Shown: piece after piece, positions 16,945 through 27,244 of the stretch
Position numbering within the stretch: position 1 is the first letter of the stretch
How the letters are laid out: every line of letters starts with the position of its first letter
Origin: a virus
Lineage: Duplodnaviria > Caudoviricetes
Length of the DNA: 40,008 nt
Reading direction: 5' to 3' (one strand)
Virus record (IMG/VR): IMGVR_UViG_3300044981_000018
Location: 1-40,008 of that record
Notes under the pieces: model-generated
The model's database searches: none
Told to the model about the DNA's origin: nothing
Seen by the model: the letters and a program-made list of their open reading frames with translations, nothing else
Position numbers and translations under genes: made by a program

Positions 16945-17747
16945 GCGGCCTACCTACACAGATCCCGCAGCAAAGTGTTCCGCTCACTCAGGTAGATCCG
17001 GGCTCCAAGCCGGATTACATGAATGTGAACTGGTATCTGTGGGCGTACAACATCTCGAAAGCCGTGCTAGGGACTGGCGCGGGCGGAACAACTCCGGCGT
17101 CGCCCTATGACATTCTGGATTCGACCAATCTGCTTGCACAGGTCTCGGATATCCCGCAGGCATATCGTGGCATTGCGAATCTGAGAGCGCTGCTGGCTCA
17201 GCCCGCGCTTGTCGATACGACGCCGCAGGCACCTCCGGCCCAATCCGTCACGCCCGGTGCATCGCCGTTCACTTATACCGCTCTGGCCAATGGTGTGCTG
17301 TCTGTCACAGGCGGCGCGGTTTCGAATGTGTCCATCATCCGGCAAGGTGTCACTGTCGCAACCGGCATCACATCGTCCAGCGCGGCATCCCTAATCAGCG
17401 GCATGACCGACGAAAAAGGATCGGGCGGCACACCTGGTTTCGCAACCGGCGTCGATTTCACGCCCAACGTCACCACGTCTCTCACGCTTACGGGTACGTA
17501 TGCCAATGCTGCAGATCTATGGGTCGCATTCGATGGTGCTGAACAAGGAGCCGATTCATATAGTTTAAGCGGGCATACGCTCACTTTCACGTCTGCTATC
17601 CCGTTTGGAACGAACAAGGTCTATGTCAAAGGCGCGTCGGCATCGTCTGTCAGTGGGACAAATGGCGGCCTCGTTCCGGTGCGCCGGCTCGATCAGGTCC
17701 AGATCACATATTCAAGCGCGCCGACTGTCGCGTTCCTTCCGCAATAG
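16941..17747 (+). CDS. Tail-associated protein
   Basis: ATGA coupling; shares a module with the tailspike. Confidence 0.65.
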   Translation: MSGLPTQIPQQSVPLTQVDPGSKPDYMNVNWYLWAYNISKAVLGTGAGGTTPASPYDILDSTNLLAQVSDIPQAYRGIANLRALLAQPALVDTTPQAPPAQSVTPGASPFTYTALANGVLSVTGGAVSNVSIIRQGVTVATGITSSSAASLISGMTDEKGSGGTPGFATGVDFTPNVTTSLTLTGTYANAADLWVAFDGAEQGADSYSLSGHTLTFTSAIPFGTNKVYVKGASASSVSGTNGGLVPVRRLDQVQITYSSAPTVAFLPQ

Positions 17748-17756
17748 GAGGCTTCC

Positions 17757-18095
17757 TTGACGACAATTACTCCCGTCCAACTTGTTGCGCCTACCCAACT
17801 TGGCACGGCCGACGCTTCGTTGTATTCTCCCGTTACGCCTGTATCGGCTCAAATCGGTAGAGCGGTGTTCACGAACACCTCAGCGAGCGCAACCACCATA
17901 ACTGCTGGCATTACGCCAGCCAGTGCAATTGGAGCCTCGACTACCTTGATTGCAGCGCGTCCTATCGCCCCCGGCGAATCCTACGTTTCCCCCGAACTCG
18001 CGGGTGCTGTACTGCCTCCCGGCGCGCAGCTTCATGCCTTTGCGGGCGCGGCCACGTCTGTGACATTCACGGTTTCTGGGATCACGATCGTATGA
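17757..18095 (+). CDS. Putative virion protein
   Basis: AGGAGG RBS, TTG start; 112 aa. Confidence 0.65.
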   Translation: MTTITPVQLVAPTQLGTADASLYSPVTPVSAQIGRAVFTNTSASATTITAGITPASAIGASTTLIAARPIAPGESYVSPELAGAVLPPGAQLHAFAGAATSVTFTVSGITIV

Positions 18096-18916
18096 ACGCC
18101 CTGACCGTCGATCGCGCAGCCGTTGAACGACTTGAGCGCGAAATCCAGAAAATGCCTCAGGTAGATTGCCCGGTGCGCCATTACTTCGCGCCCGGCATGG
18201 CGGCGCGCGAAATGACGATTCCGGCCGGCGTCGTGATTACTGGCGCGGTGCATCGCCATGAGCACCTATGCACGGTATCCAAGGGCCGCATTGTCGTATC
18301 GATCGATGAGGGTATGCGGGAGCTTGCCGCGCCCTGCACGATCGTTTCCAAGGCCGGCGCAAAGCGCGTCGGATATGCAATCGAAGAAACGGTTTGGACG
18401 ACCTACCATGTGACGGACGTGACGGATATCGATTTGCTGATTGAGGAAATTACTGAATCCACTGCAGCCGAGTTGATCGGCGGCGCGCAGAACGCGCAGA
18501 TGCTTGCGCAGCTCGCGCGCGATGATTACACGCGATTCCTCAGCGAATATGGGCTGACTCAGGAACTGGTGACGCGCCTCGTTGAGAATGCGGCCGACCA
18601 GACCGATTTCCCGGAATGGGTGGATTGCGTCGAATTGCGCGACTCGATCATTGCCGGAACTGGCATGTTCGCGACAAAAACGATCGATCAGTGGGACGAT
18701 TTCGCGCCGGTGCGCATCGGTGATAAACGAACGCCCGCAGGCCGCTTCATCAATCATTCGCCGCATCCGAATGTCGAATTCGTGCGCGACGGCGCGGGTG
18801 GCCTCAATGCGCGCGCGCTGCGCGTCATCCGCGCTGGCGAGGAGCTAACCGTCGATTACCGGCAAGCCATGAGCGTCAATGATGCTGGTCTGAATCCAGT
18901 CAAGGAGGACGTATGA
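18092..18916 (+). CDS. Cupin-like N-domain fused to SET-domain methyltransferase
   Basis: HYFAPGMAAREMTIPAG...GAVHRHEH; SET motifs GTGMFA, RFINHSPHPN, GEELTVDY. Confidence 0.8.
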   Translation: MNALTVDRAAVERLEREIQKMPQVDCPVRHYFAPGMAAREMTIPAGVVITGAVHRHEHLCTVSKGRIVVSIDEGMRELAAPCTIVSKAGAKRVGYAIEETVWTTYHVTDVTDIDLLIEEITESTAAELIGGAQNAQMLAQLARDDYTRFLSEYGLTQELVTRLVENAADQTDFPEWVDCVELRDSIIAGTGMFATKTIDQWDDFAPVRIGDKRTPAGRFINHSPHPNVEFVRDGAGGLNARALRVIRAGEELTVDYRQAMSVNDAGLNPVKEDV

Positions 18917-19719
18917 GCGCGGGACTTTCGGCGGGGGCGATCATCGGCATTGCTGGCGCTGCCGCCTCAGTGGGTAGTGCGGTAATCGGCTCCAACGCGG
19001 CGCAGTCGGCAGCCAATACACAAGCGAACGCGCAGAACAATGCGACCGCCGAACAGCAGAACATGTTCAACACGATAGTTGGACAGGAACAGCCGTTTAT
19101 GCAGGCAGGCCAGGCCGCGACGACGCAGCTTGGCAGTTTGCTTCAGCCAGGCGGCTATCTAAATAACCAGACAACACCTCAGTTTTCCTTCAATCCGTCA
19201 AGCATTACTAGCTCGCCAGGTTATCAGTTTGCCCAGCAGCAGGGATTAAACGCAGTTGCTAATAATGAAGCGCCGAATGTGGGCGCTTTGTCCGGTCCTG
19301 CATTGAAGGCTCTCACGCAATTTTCGACTGGCACGGCCGAGCAATATTACAACGACTATTTCAATCAGGCTCAAAGTCAGTTCAGCACCAATTTCAATGC
19401 CGGCCAGACGCAGCAGAACAACATATTCTCGCGCCTTTCCGCGATTGCTGGTCTTGGCCAGAACGCCGCAAGCAATACCGGAACCGCAGGCACTGCGCTC
19501 GGGACTGGAATCGGACAATCGATAGCGGCACAAGGCGGCTCTTTGGCAGCTGGTCAAGTCGGTTCGGCAAATGCGCTTTCGAGTGGCGTCCAAGGCGCAG
19601 GCAATGCATTCGCGCTCAGCAGCATTCTGAACAATGCAAATAGCGGCGGTGGTGGTGCGAACACAGTGTATGGACAGACTGCGGCCGGCAATCCGAACTA
19701 TTTCACAACGGGGAGCTAA
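18913..19719 (+). CDS. DNA ejection protein (P22 gp7-like)
   Basis: Gly/Ala/Gln-rich; SPGYQFAQQQG...LSGPALKAL; position. Confidence 0.75.
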   Translation: MSAGLSAGAIIGIAGAAASVGSAVIGSNAAQSAANTQANAQNNATAEQQNMFNTIVGQEQPFMQAGQAATTQLGSLLQPGGYLNNQTTPQFSFNPSSITSSPGYQFAQQQGLNAVANNEAPNVGALSGPALKALTQFSTGTAEQYYNDYFNQAQSQFSTNFNAGQTQQNNIFSRLSAIAGLGQNAASNTGTAGTALGTGIGQSIAAQGGSLAAGQVGSANALSSGVQGAGNAFALSSILNNANSGGGGANTVYGQTAAGNPNYFTTGS

Positions 19720-19722
19720 AAG

Positions 19723-21237
19723 ATGCCGGATTTTGGCGCACCAGTCGCAGGCGGCATTAACCCGCCAGACCCAAATCAGACGCTCAAGAGCCTGTCTGGA
19801 ATCCTAGGCATCGCCCAGCAACAGCAGGGCTTGCAGCAGGGTGCGCAACAGCTTCAGGTCGGTCAGGCGACCGCGCAGAGCGCCCAGCAACAGATGCAGG
19901 AGCGGCAACTATATCAAGGCGCTTTATCGAGCGGGAAAGATCCAGATGGCAATGCAATCAATAATCCGGATGGCACGCTGAACTATCCGGCGGTGAGCAA
20001 ATTCGCCAACAAGTATTTGCCGATCACTGGTCAAGCGGTGCAGCAAGGCATCATCCAGACGCTGGATAGCGCCAATACGTATCATTCGAACGCGCTGAAG
20101 CTCACGGACGATCAGCGCGGCGCAGTGAGTGGCGTGCTGGCTTCAGGTATCGGTGAGCCGGATAGCTCTGGCGTATCTTCGCGGCTCGATACGCTCGCCC
20201 AGCAGAATCCTGATTTGGCTCCATTCGTCAATAGCACGAAGCAGTCAATCGGCGCGATTCCTCCCGGTGCGACTCAGGAGCAACGCGATCAGATCCTGAG
20301 AAAAGGTGTCCAGGCATTGCAGCCGGCGGCAACGACCGCTGCTCAGCAAGGCAACCAACTCATCACCTCGACCGGCCCCAATGGCGGCGTACAGGTGTCC
20401 AATATCAATCCTCTTTCGGCGACGCCGGTTGGGCCAGTTGGATCGGAAATTCCGCAAGGTATCCCGCTTGCGCAACGCTCCGAACTCACGACGAATCCTG
20501 TTTCTGGCGGCCTCGCAGTCGTCAATCGGAATGGCGGCGGTCAGATTACCGGTATTGCCAATCCGCCGACGCAGAACGTCTACAATCCGCAGCCGGGCGA
20601 TGTTCAGGCGATTCCAGGCCTATCGGCTGAGCGCGAGGCGGCGCGTCAGGCCTATTCGAGCGCAGGCAACGCGCACGCGAACAACCAACTTGTGTTGCAA
20701 AACATCGACAACGTCGCGGCTACTGGATCGGTCGGCCAGAAAGCGCGCGCTGCGCTGAACATCTTCGGTCTCGGACAGGACACCGATGCGGCCACCGCCT
20801 ATGACCTTGTTGGCAAGGGCTTGGAGCGCTCCGCATTGCAAGCCGCTCAATCCATGGGGCCGAACACGAATGCTGGCCTCGACGCGCAGATCAAGGCCAA
20901 TGGCTCGCTCGGCTATACGCCTGCCGCAATCAAGGAAGTGACAAAGCTCAACGATGCGCTGACGACCGGGGTCCAGTCGTATCAGCCGGGTCTTGAGCGC
21001 GCGATCGCCGCCAATCCTGCGGCCGGAGTGTTGGCAAAACGACAATTCGACCAGCAATGGGGCGCCAACTTCGATCCGAACATCTTCAAGTACTACAACG
21101 CGATCAAATCGGGCGACACCGGCGAGCAAGGCGCGATTGTCAAGCAACTCGGCGGCCTGAATTCGCCCGGCTATAACGCCATGATGAAGAAGGCGCAAGC
21201 GCTCCAGCAACTATCGAACACTGGGGGCATCCAGTAA
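19723..21237 (+). CDS. DNA ejection protein (gp20 position)
   Basis: 504 aa, Gln/Ala/Gly-rich; position. Confidence 0.65.
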   Translation: MPDFGAPVAGGINPPDPNQTLKSLSGILGIAQQQQGLQQGAQQLQVGQATAQSAQQQMQERQLYQGALSSGKDPDGNAINNPDGTLNYPAVSKFANKYLPITGQAVQQGIIQTLDSANTYHSNALKLTDDQRGAVSGVLASGIGEPDSSGVSSRLDTLAQQNPDLAPFVNSTKQSIGAIPPGATQEQRDQILRKGVQALQPAATTAAQQGNQLITSTGPNGGVQVSNINPLSATPVGPVGSEIPQGIPLAQRSELTTNPVSGGLAVVNRNGGGQITGIANPPTQNVYNPQPGDVQAIPGLSAEREAARQAYSSAGNAHANNQLVLQNIDNVAATGSVGQKARAALNIFGLGQDTDAATAYDLVGKGLERSALQAAQSMGPNTNAGLDAQIKANGSLGYTPAAIKEVTKLNDALTTGVQSYQPGLERAIAANPAAGVLAKRQFDQQWGANFDPNIFKYYNAIKSGDTGEQGAIVKQLGGLNSPGYNAMMKKAQALQQLSNTGGIQ

Positions 21238-23846
21238 TGGACGACCTTCTTTCGACGATCCAGAGCGCCAATCCGAACGCCGAGCCGGCTGCCGCTGCGC
21301 CGCCGAGTGCTGCGCCCGCGCCGACTGGTGGCTTCGATCCGACAAAGAGCTATGGCACACCCGCCAAGCTGCTCGACAACCTGCAAGCCGAAGAAAGCAG
21401 CGGCAATCCGCTCGCGGTCAACAAGCAGACGCAGGCTATGGGTCCGTATCAGTTCACGCCTTCGACGGTCGCCATGCTGCGCAGCCAGGGCGTCAAGTTC
21501 GATCCATTCGACCCGCAGCAGGCGCGCAATGCAGCTGATTACTACATTCAGCAGCTCAAGCAGCAGAATGGCGGCACGTATCAAGGTGCTCTAAAGGCCT
21601 ATGGCGGCTTCAAAACGGCCGATCCCAGCCAGTACATTGCCAAGGCTATGAGCGGCGTTCCGCCTGAGCCTACGATGCCGGGGCAATCGAATTCAGGTGC
21701 GCAGCCGCAGGGATACACCGGGCCGACTTCCGACCTGTTCTCGACGCTTCAGCAGGGCGCGAAGGGCGCCGCGCAAGCACCGGCCGCACCGGCGCCGCAG
21801 CAACCCGGTCAGCAGGCTCCGGCTAGTGGCTTTTGGTCTGGAATGGGCCGCTCTGCCGCTGGTTTGGCCGATACTGTTCTCAGCGCTCCGGGCGCAATGG
21901 CGCAGCAAGGTACGTATGCACTCGCGCGTGCTTCGGGCATGACGCCGGAAGAAGCGACTGCGCAAGCGGCGCATTTCGGCGCCGCGGTTCATCCTATTGG
22001 CAATCTGGCGGGCGTGACGAATACGCCTGAATATCAAAACGAAGCCACGCAACGTGCGCAGCAGGCTATTGGCGGCGTCGTCAACAAGGGCGTCAATGCC
22101 GTGGCGAATGCCACCGGCGCCGCGCCGCAGGATGTGGCAAATATGGCTGGCTCGTTGGCACTGGCCGCGCCGGGTGCGATCAAGGCTGGCGTGCCATTGG
22201 CAGGTCAAGCTATTGAAGCGGTCGTCCCCGGCGCCGCGCATCTCGTGTCGCAGATTCCGGGTGCAGTCGCTGCCGCGGCGCGCGGCGTGGCCAATGCAGC
22301 CGGCGGCGCGGCGCGTGCGGTCGGCGAAACGGCAAGCGACTTCGGCAATGCGGTTGGCGCAGTGACCGGCCTGAAAGCGCCGGAAGCGCCCGCTCTGACC
22401 AATGCGCCGGTGGCGGAGGCCGGCGCGGCGGGGCGTGGCAGCGTCGGTGCGGCCGGTACTTCGTTCGCGCAACAAGCTGCGGCGGAAGGCGTACCCGATG
22501 AGATCGTGCAGAAGATTGCAGCAGCCGAAAAAGCTGGAACGCTGAATCCGACGGCTGCGGCGCGCCATATCGAGGCTGGCTCATTAGGCATAGAGCTTAC
22601 TGCCGGCCAAGCCAGCGGCGATATCCAGAAGCTCTCCGATGAATTCAACTCGCGCGACAAGAATCCGGAGATCGCGCTGCGCTTCAATCAGCAGAACGGC
22701 CAGATCAACGACAAGCTGACCGAGCTACGCGATCAGGTGTCGCCGAACGTGAATGTGCCATCGGGCGCGCCGACCGGACAGGCGCTCGTTGATGCGTACA
22801 AAGAGATGGACGCACCTATCACGCAGCAGATTTCCGGGCAATATGCACGTGCGCGCGGCGCCGACGGTGCGCCGGCTCTGGTCAATGCTAAGCCGCAGAT
22901 GCAGGATTTCGCCTCGCAGATCGGGCCGACGCGCTTCAATGCCCTGCCAGCGAACGTGCAACAGATCTTCCGTGATGCCACCGCCAATCAAGTATCGCTT
23001 CCGGCCGGCTTCGAGGTGAATGGTTCGAATGTGCGGCCGATGAATGTTGGCGACCTGATGGACATCGACAAGACGCTCTCGGGAGCGATGCGCGGCGCGA
23101 CTGACGGCTCCGTGCGGCACGATATCGGCGCACTGCGTGACAGCATCATCAATTCGCAGCTCGATCCCTCGGCGACCGGCGCTGATGCATTCTCGGCCTA
23201 TAAAACGGCGCAGGCCAGTGCAAAAGCTAGATTTGATGCGATGGATGCTGACCCGGCATACAAAGCTGCTGTGAACGATATTGCGCCCGCTGGCGAGCCT
23301 TCTGCGCTAGCCGACGACTTCACAAGCAAGTATATAGCTGGCGGCAAGACTGCAAACGTGCAAGCGATGATGCAGAACCTATCGAACGATCCGGCGAATC
23401 GAGAACTAGTCGCGTCGGCTCTGATGGATCACATTCGGCAACAGGCCGGCGTCGATCTGCGCACTGACACTGGCAATATCAGCCAGGCTAGGCTCAATAA
23501 GGCCATTCAGAATCTCGGCGACAAGACGCGCATTGTGCTTGGCCCGGAAGCGTCGCAGACCGTCGAGAAGCTTGGCAACGTTGCGCGCTATACGCAGGAA
23601 CAGCCGCGCGGAACCACCTTCAATAACAGCAATACAGCCGTCGTGCAGATGGCAAATGCAGCCAAATCAGCAATAGAAGGTGCCGCAAATGTTGCCGCTC
23701 ATGGTGTGCCAGTCGGCACATGGGCACGTGGCGCACTTGCTCGACATGCAGCAGAAAAAGAAGTGGAAAGATCTTTAGAACCGGGAGCTGGCTTGACAGC
23801 CGTCCCGCTCAATCAACTACTCAAAAAAGCAAAGGGGAACCCCTAA
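21237..23846 (+). CDS. Large ejection protein with N-terminal lytic transglycosylase (SLT-like) domain
   Basis: AEESSGNPLAVN...AMGPYQFTPST...ALKAYGG. Confidence 0.75.
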   Translation: MDDLLSTIQSANPNAEPAAAAPPSAAPAPTGGFDPTKSYGTPAKLLDNLQAEESSGNPLAVNKQTQAMGPYQFTPSTVAMLRSQGVKFDPFDPQQARNAADYYIQQLKQQNGGTYQGALKAYGGFKTADPSQYIAKAMSGVPPEPTMPGQSNSGAQPQGYTGPTSDLFSTLQQGAKGAAQAPAAPAPQQPGQQAPASGFWSGMGRSAAGLADTVLSAPGAMAQQGTYALARASGMTPEEATAQAAHFGAAVHPIGNLAGVTNTPEYQNEATQRAQQAIGGVVNKGVNAVANATGAAPQDVANMAGSLALAAPGAIKAGVPLAGQAIEAVVPGAAHLVSQIPGAVAAAARGVANAAGGAARAVGETASDFGNAVGAVTGLKAPEAPALTNAPVAEAGAAGRGSVGAAGTSFAQQAAAEGVPDEIVQKIAAAEKAGTLNPTAAARHIEAGSLGIELTAGQASGDIQKLSDEFNSRDKNPEIALRFNQQNGQINDKLTELRDQVSPNVNVPSGAPTGQALVDAYKEMDAPITQQISGQYARARGADGAPALVNAKPQMQDFASQIGPTRFNALPANVQQIFRDATANQVSLPAGFEVNGSNVRPMNVGDLMDIDKTLSGAMRGATDGSVRHDIGALRDSIINSQLDPSATGADAFSAYKTAQASAKARFDAMDADPAYKAAVNDIAPAGEPSALADDFTSKYIAGGKTANVQAMMQNLSNDPANRELVASALMDHIRQQAGVDLRTDTGNISQARLNKAIQNLGDKTRIVLGPEASQTVEKLGNVARYTQEQPRGTTFNNSNTAVVQMANAAKSAIEGAANVAAHGVPVGTWARGALARHAAEKEVERSLEPGAGLTAVPLNQLLKKAKGNP

Positions 23847-26209
23847 TGGCAACGAGCGTCGCTCAATCGCCCACGCCGATCCTTCAGTTCCTCTCGAATT
23901 CGGGCCTGATGAACGTCGGCGGAAGCCTGCTTACTCAGGTCGGCGGCGTCAACTATCCGACATGGCAAGACCCAGCCGGCGCCACTCCGCTGCCGAATCC
24001 GATCCCGCTGAACTCGCGCGGCGAGATTTCGAACACGTCCGGCGTTTCGGTTCCGCTCTATCTGGCGCAAGGCGTGACCTATGAATTCACGCTCTTTGAT
24101 GCCAACAACAATCAGATATGGGTTGATCCGAACGTTGTAGCGCAGGGTTCAGCGGCCACCGGCCAGATGACCGATGAGGGGCCATTTATCGCGGGTACGC
24201 AATTCAACGGGACCATCGTCGGTACGACGCTCACTGTCAATTCGTTCACTGGCGGCGCGCCGTTGGCGATTGGACAGACACTGTATGGCGCTGGAGTTAC
24301 GGCAGGAACGACGATCACGGCCGGTAGCGGCACCTCATGGACTGTCAGCGTGTCGCAGTCAGTCTCAGCAGAGACGATGGCGGCGGCAGGAACCAATCAA
24401 TTTGCGCCGGGTTTTAGCACTAGCGTCACTCTGGTTGGATTCTATGGCAGCAAGTCAAATCTGTGGGTGCAATTCGACGCCGCATCGCAGGGCGAAGATA
24501 CATTCAGCCTGAATTCCTATACGCTCACATTTAACGCGCCTATTCCGGTGGGTGTGCAGGAAGTTTATGTGAAGGGTGGCACCACGGCGACTATCAGCAC
24601 GCCCGGCGCGGGGACGGTCACTGATGCTTCAGTCGCCCCCGGGTCTGATCTCTACAATCGGATTCACGACATTATCAGCGTCAAGGATTACGGCGCTAAG
24701 GGTGATGGCGTGACGAACGATCAGCCGGCCATTCAAGCGGCTGCGCTGGCAGCAGCGGGGAAGGTTCTGCTTTTCCCTGCCGGGTCATATGTCGTTCAGA
24801 ACGGTTTTTCGATGACTGGTGATAACTCGGTCATCATGGGCTATGGAGCGATTCTGATTTATAACCAGACGGCGCAGACCTATGATCACTGTATCAGATT
24901 GTCAGGAAATCATTGCTCGATCAACGGAATCGAGGTTCAGAGCCCTAGTGGTCTGGTACGCAATAACACCGGCTTCGGTATCAGTCTCGGCCTGGCCGCC
25001 ACGGCGACAACTGATGTTGTTGTGCGTGACTGCACGTTAAATGGCATTGCCAGTGCTGGCATCTGGGTAACGAATGTCACAAGCGTCCGGATTCTGAATA
25101 ACAACGTCATCAATTGTCTGGCCGATGGCATCCATCTATCGAATGGATGTAACGATGGGATTGTCACTGGTAACACTCTCGGCAATAACGGAGACGATAA
25201 TATTGCCGCGATCATGGACCTCGCATCCCCGCCTGTGTCAAATGTGCTCATCTCGGGAAACACTGTCATCGGCGGCACTCACGGCCACGGTGTCGCGCTG
25301 AGTGGTGTCGCTATCGCGACTGTATGCGGAAATCTGCTTGTCAATACTCCATCGCCTGGCATTGGCACGTATCAATGGAATGGCCTCACGACGGCGGCCG
25401 ATGGCCTTCTCATCGAAGACAATGAGATCGTCAATTGCGGTATCGATGGCGTTACGTTCGGCGGTTGCGGTATTAACCTCGCACAAACGGCGGCGGTCAC
25501 TGTCAGGGGCAACGTTATCCGTAACATCCAGTACAACTCTGCATTTACGTGCGGCGGTATCAACTGCGAATCTGCAACAGAATTCGTTGCATCCGAAAAT
25601 CATCTGTATGACCTTGCCTGTCCGGGGATTGTTGCGACTGTCGCAACATCCTATGCGACGATCTCGAAGAATACCTTCGGCTCATGCGCGCTCGTTCCGG
25701 TGAGCGTCTCCGGGAACATTCCTCTGTGCGTCGTTCAGGGGAATGTATTCAACGCTACGGCGGGTGGAACCTGTATAAGCGTCAATCTTCCGTCGGCGCG
25801 AGTTCGCGTCAACGGCAATACATGCGATGCCGCAGTGTCGGTGACGGGTAATTCTTCGTCTCTCGTATCGCTTGAAGAAAACTTCACGTTCACGCCGGTT
25901 CTAAGCGCGGGCACTGGATCTCTGAGCGCGGCATCTGGCGAGATTACGTACCAGCAGCGCGGTAATTTCATGTATGCCGAGATAAATATCACGATCACGA
26001 CAAATGGAACAGGCGCGACCAACATTACCGCGACACTGCCTTTCTCAGTTCTTGATGGCGTTCTGGCCGGTCGGGAAAACGCGATTAGCGGAAAAGCGCT
26101 GGTTGGTTTGGCAGCCGGCAGCACGATCAAGATTTTCAATTACGACAATACCTATCCTGGCTCGAATGGCGCGCAAATGTCCCTGAGCGGGCTTATCCGC
26201 ATTCAGTAA
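23846..26209 (+). CDS. Tailspike with right-handed beta-helix (putative depolymerase)
   Basis: TAATG coupling; head-binding-like N-terminus NPIPLNSRGE; SVKDYGAKGDGVTNDQPAIQAA; Asn-ladder repeats. Confidence 0.85.
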   Translation: MATSVAQSPTPILQFLSNSGLMNVGGSLLTQVGGVNYPTWQDPAGATPLPNPIPLNSRGEISNTSGVSVPLYLAQGVTYEFTLFDANNNQIWVDPNVVAQGSAATGQMTDEGPFIAGTQFNGTIVGTTLTVNSFTGGAPLAIGQTLYGAGVTAGTTITAGSGTSWTVSVSQSVSAETMAAAGTNQFAPGFSTSVTLVGFYGSKSNLWVQFDAASQGEDTFSLNSYTLTFNAPIPVGVQEVYVKGGTTATISTPGAGTVTDASVAPGSDLYNRIHDIISVKDYGAKGDGVTNDQPAIQAAALAAAGKVLLFPAGSYVVQNGFSMTGDNSVIMGYGAILIYNQTAQTYDHCIRLSGNHCSINGIEVQSPSGLVRNNTGFGISLGLAATATTDVVVRDCTLNGIASAGIWVTNVTSVRILNNNVINCLADGIHLSNGCNDGIVTGNTLGNNGDDNIAAIMDLASPPVSNVLISGNTVIGGTHGHGVALSGVAIATVCGNLLVNTPSPGIGTYQWNGLTTAADGLLIEDNEIVNCGIDGVTFGGCGINLAQTAAVTVRGNVIRNIQYNSAFTCGGINCESATEFVASENHLYDLACPGIVATVATSYATISKNTFGSCALVPVSVSGNIPLCVVQGNVFNATAGGTCISVNLPSARVRVNGNTCDAAVSVTGNSSSLVSLEENFTFTPVLSAGTGSLSAASGEITYQQRGNFMYAEINITITTNGTGATNITATLPFSVLDGVLAGRENAISGKALVGLAAGSTIKIFNYDNTYPGSNGAQMSLSGLIRIQ

Positions 26210-26230
26210 TCAGACTATCCAAGGATTGAA

Positions 26231-27058
26231 ATGAAAAAGATTATTTCTGCGCTCTGCGTCCTGTTCGCTTCCGCTGCTTTCGGCGCAACGACAGTTCCTG
26301 TGCAATTGCTCAATCCCACGGGTTCTTCGAGTGGACAGGCTATCGTCTCAACGGGTTCTTCGAGTGCGCCTGCATGGGGCGGCATCGGTGTTAATGGTAT
26401 CGCAGCCATTGCAGCGAATACGGTGCTTGCCAATGCGACGGGCTCAAGTGCATCACCTACCGCTTTCGCCATGCCGAGTTGTAGCGCAAGCGGTGGGACT
26501 CTGCAATGGACTAGCGGAACTGGCTTCACGTGCGTGGCAAATGCATTTGCGTCGCCTCCCTCGACCGGTTACGGAAGCACAACGCCTGAGCCCGTCGCCG
26601 CGACCACGATAAGCGCAACCGGTCTGATTACCCCAACCTCGACAATTGGCATCAAGGGCACGACGACGAACGATAATGCCCAGGCCGGGAGCGATGGCGA
26701 GTATCAGACCGTCACCGGAAGTTCTGCGGGTATCACTGGAGGAACTAACACAAACGTAACCTCTATCAGCCTGACAGCAGGTGATTGGGACGTGCAAGGG
26801 GTTGTTCTTTATACGCCGACCGCGACCATTACAAGTGGTTATAGCGGTATTTCGACCACGTCAGTCACTTTTGGCGCGCTTGGATCATATTCGAGCAGCG
26901 GCGGGGCTCCCGTCACAGCAGTTCAATTGACGCCGTCCAGTCCCGTTGTTCGCATTTCGCTTGCGTCAACCACCACTGTATATCTGATCGGCAATGTGAG
27001 TTTCGCCAGCGGCACGTGTACGGCGCAGGGATTCATCCGGGCGCGCCGGGTTCGATAA
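26231..27058 (+). CDS. Fibre-like protein with apparent Sec signal peptide
   Basis: MKKIISALCVLFASAAFG/A; S/T/G-rich; C-terminal SISLTAGDWDV...IRARRVR. Confidence 0.65.
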   Translation: MKKIISALCVLFASAAFGATTVPVQLLNPTGSSSGQAIVSTGSSSAPAWGGIGVNGIAAIAANTVLANATGSSASPTAFAMPSCSASGGTLQWTSGTGFTCVANAFASPPSTGYGSTTPEPVAATTISATGLITPTSTIGIKGTTTNDNAQAGSDGEYQTVTGSSAGITGGTNTNVTSISLTAGDWDVQGVVLYTPTATITSGYSGISTTSVTFGALGSYSSSGGAPVTAVQLTPSSPVVRISLASTTTVYLIGNVSFASGTCTAQGFIRARRVR

Positions 27059-27082
27059 AACATAGACAAAACGGGGTATCAA

Positions 27083-27244
27083 ATGGGTAACCACCACGCC
27101 ACACTACTTTCGATGTTGCCGCCATGGATCGGGGTCGCAGTAGTTCATATATCAAATGACCTCACCTTGTCGAACATCGCATCGGTCGCATCCGTCGCGT
27201 ATTGCGTCGTTGGATGCTATGTCATGCTGAGGAAGAGCAAATGA
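27083..27244 (+). CDS. Small membrane protein (53 aa), holin candidate
   Basis: Read manually; hydrophobic segments and basic C-terminus; ATGA-coupled to next gene. Confidence 0.5.
   Translation: MGNHHATLLSMLPPWIGVAVVHISNDLTLSNIASVASVAYCVVGCYVMLRKSK

Noticed and set aside
23720-23845. Longer N-terminus for the tailspike given by the ORF track
   Set aside because: ATG at 23846 has an AGGGG RBS and TAATG coupling; the extension overlaps the previous gene
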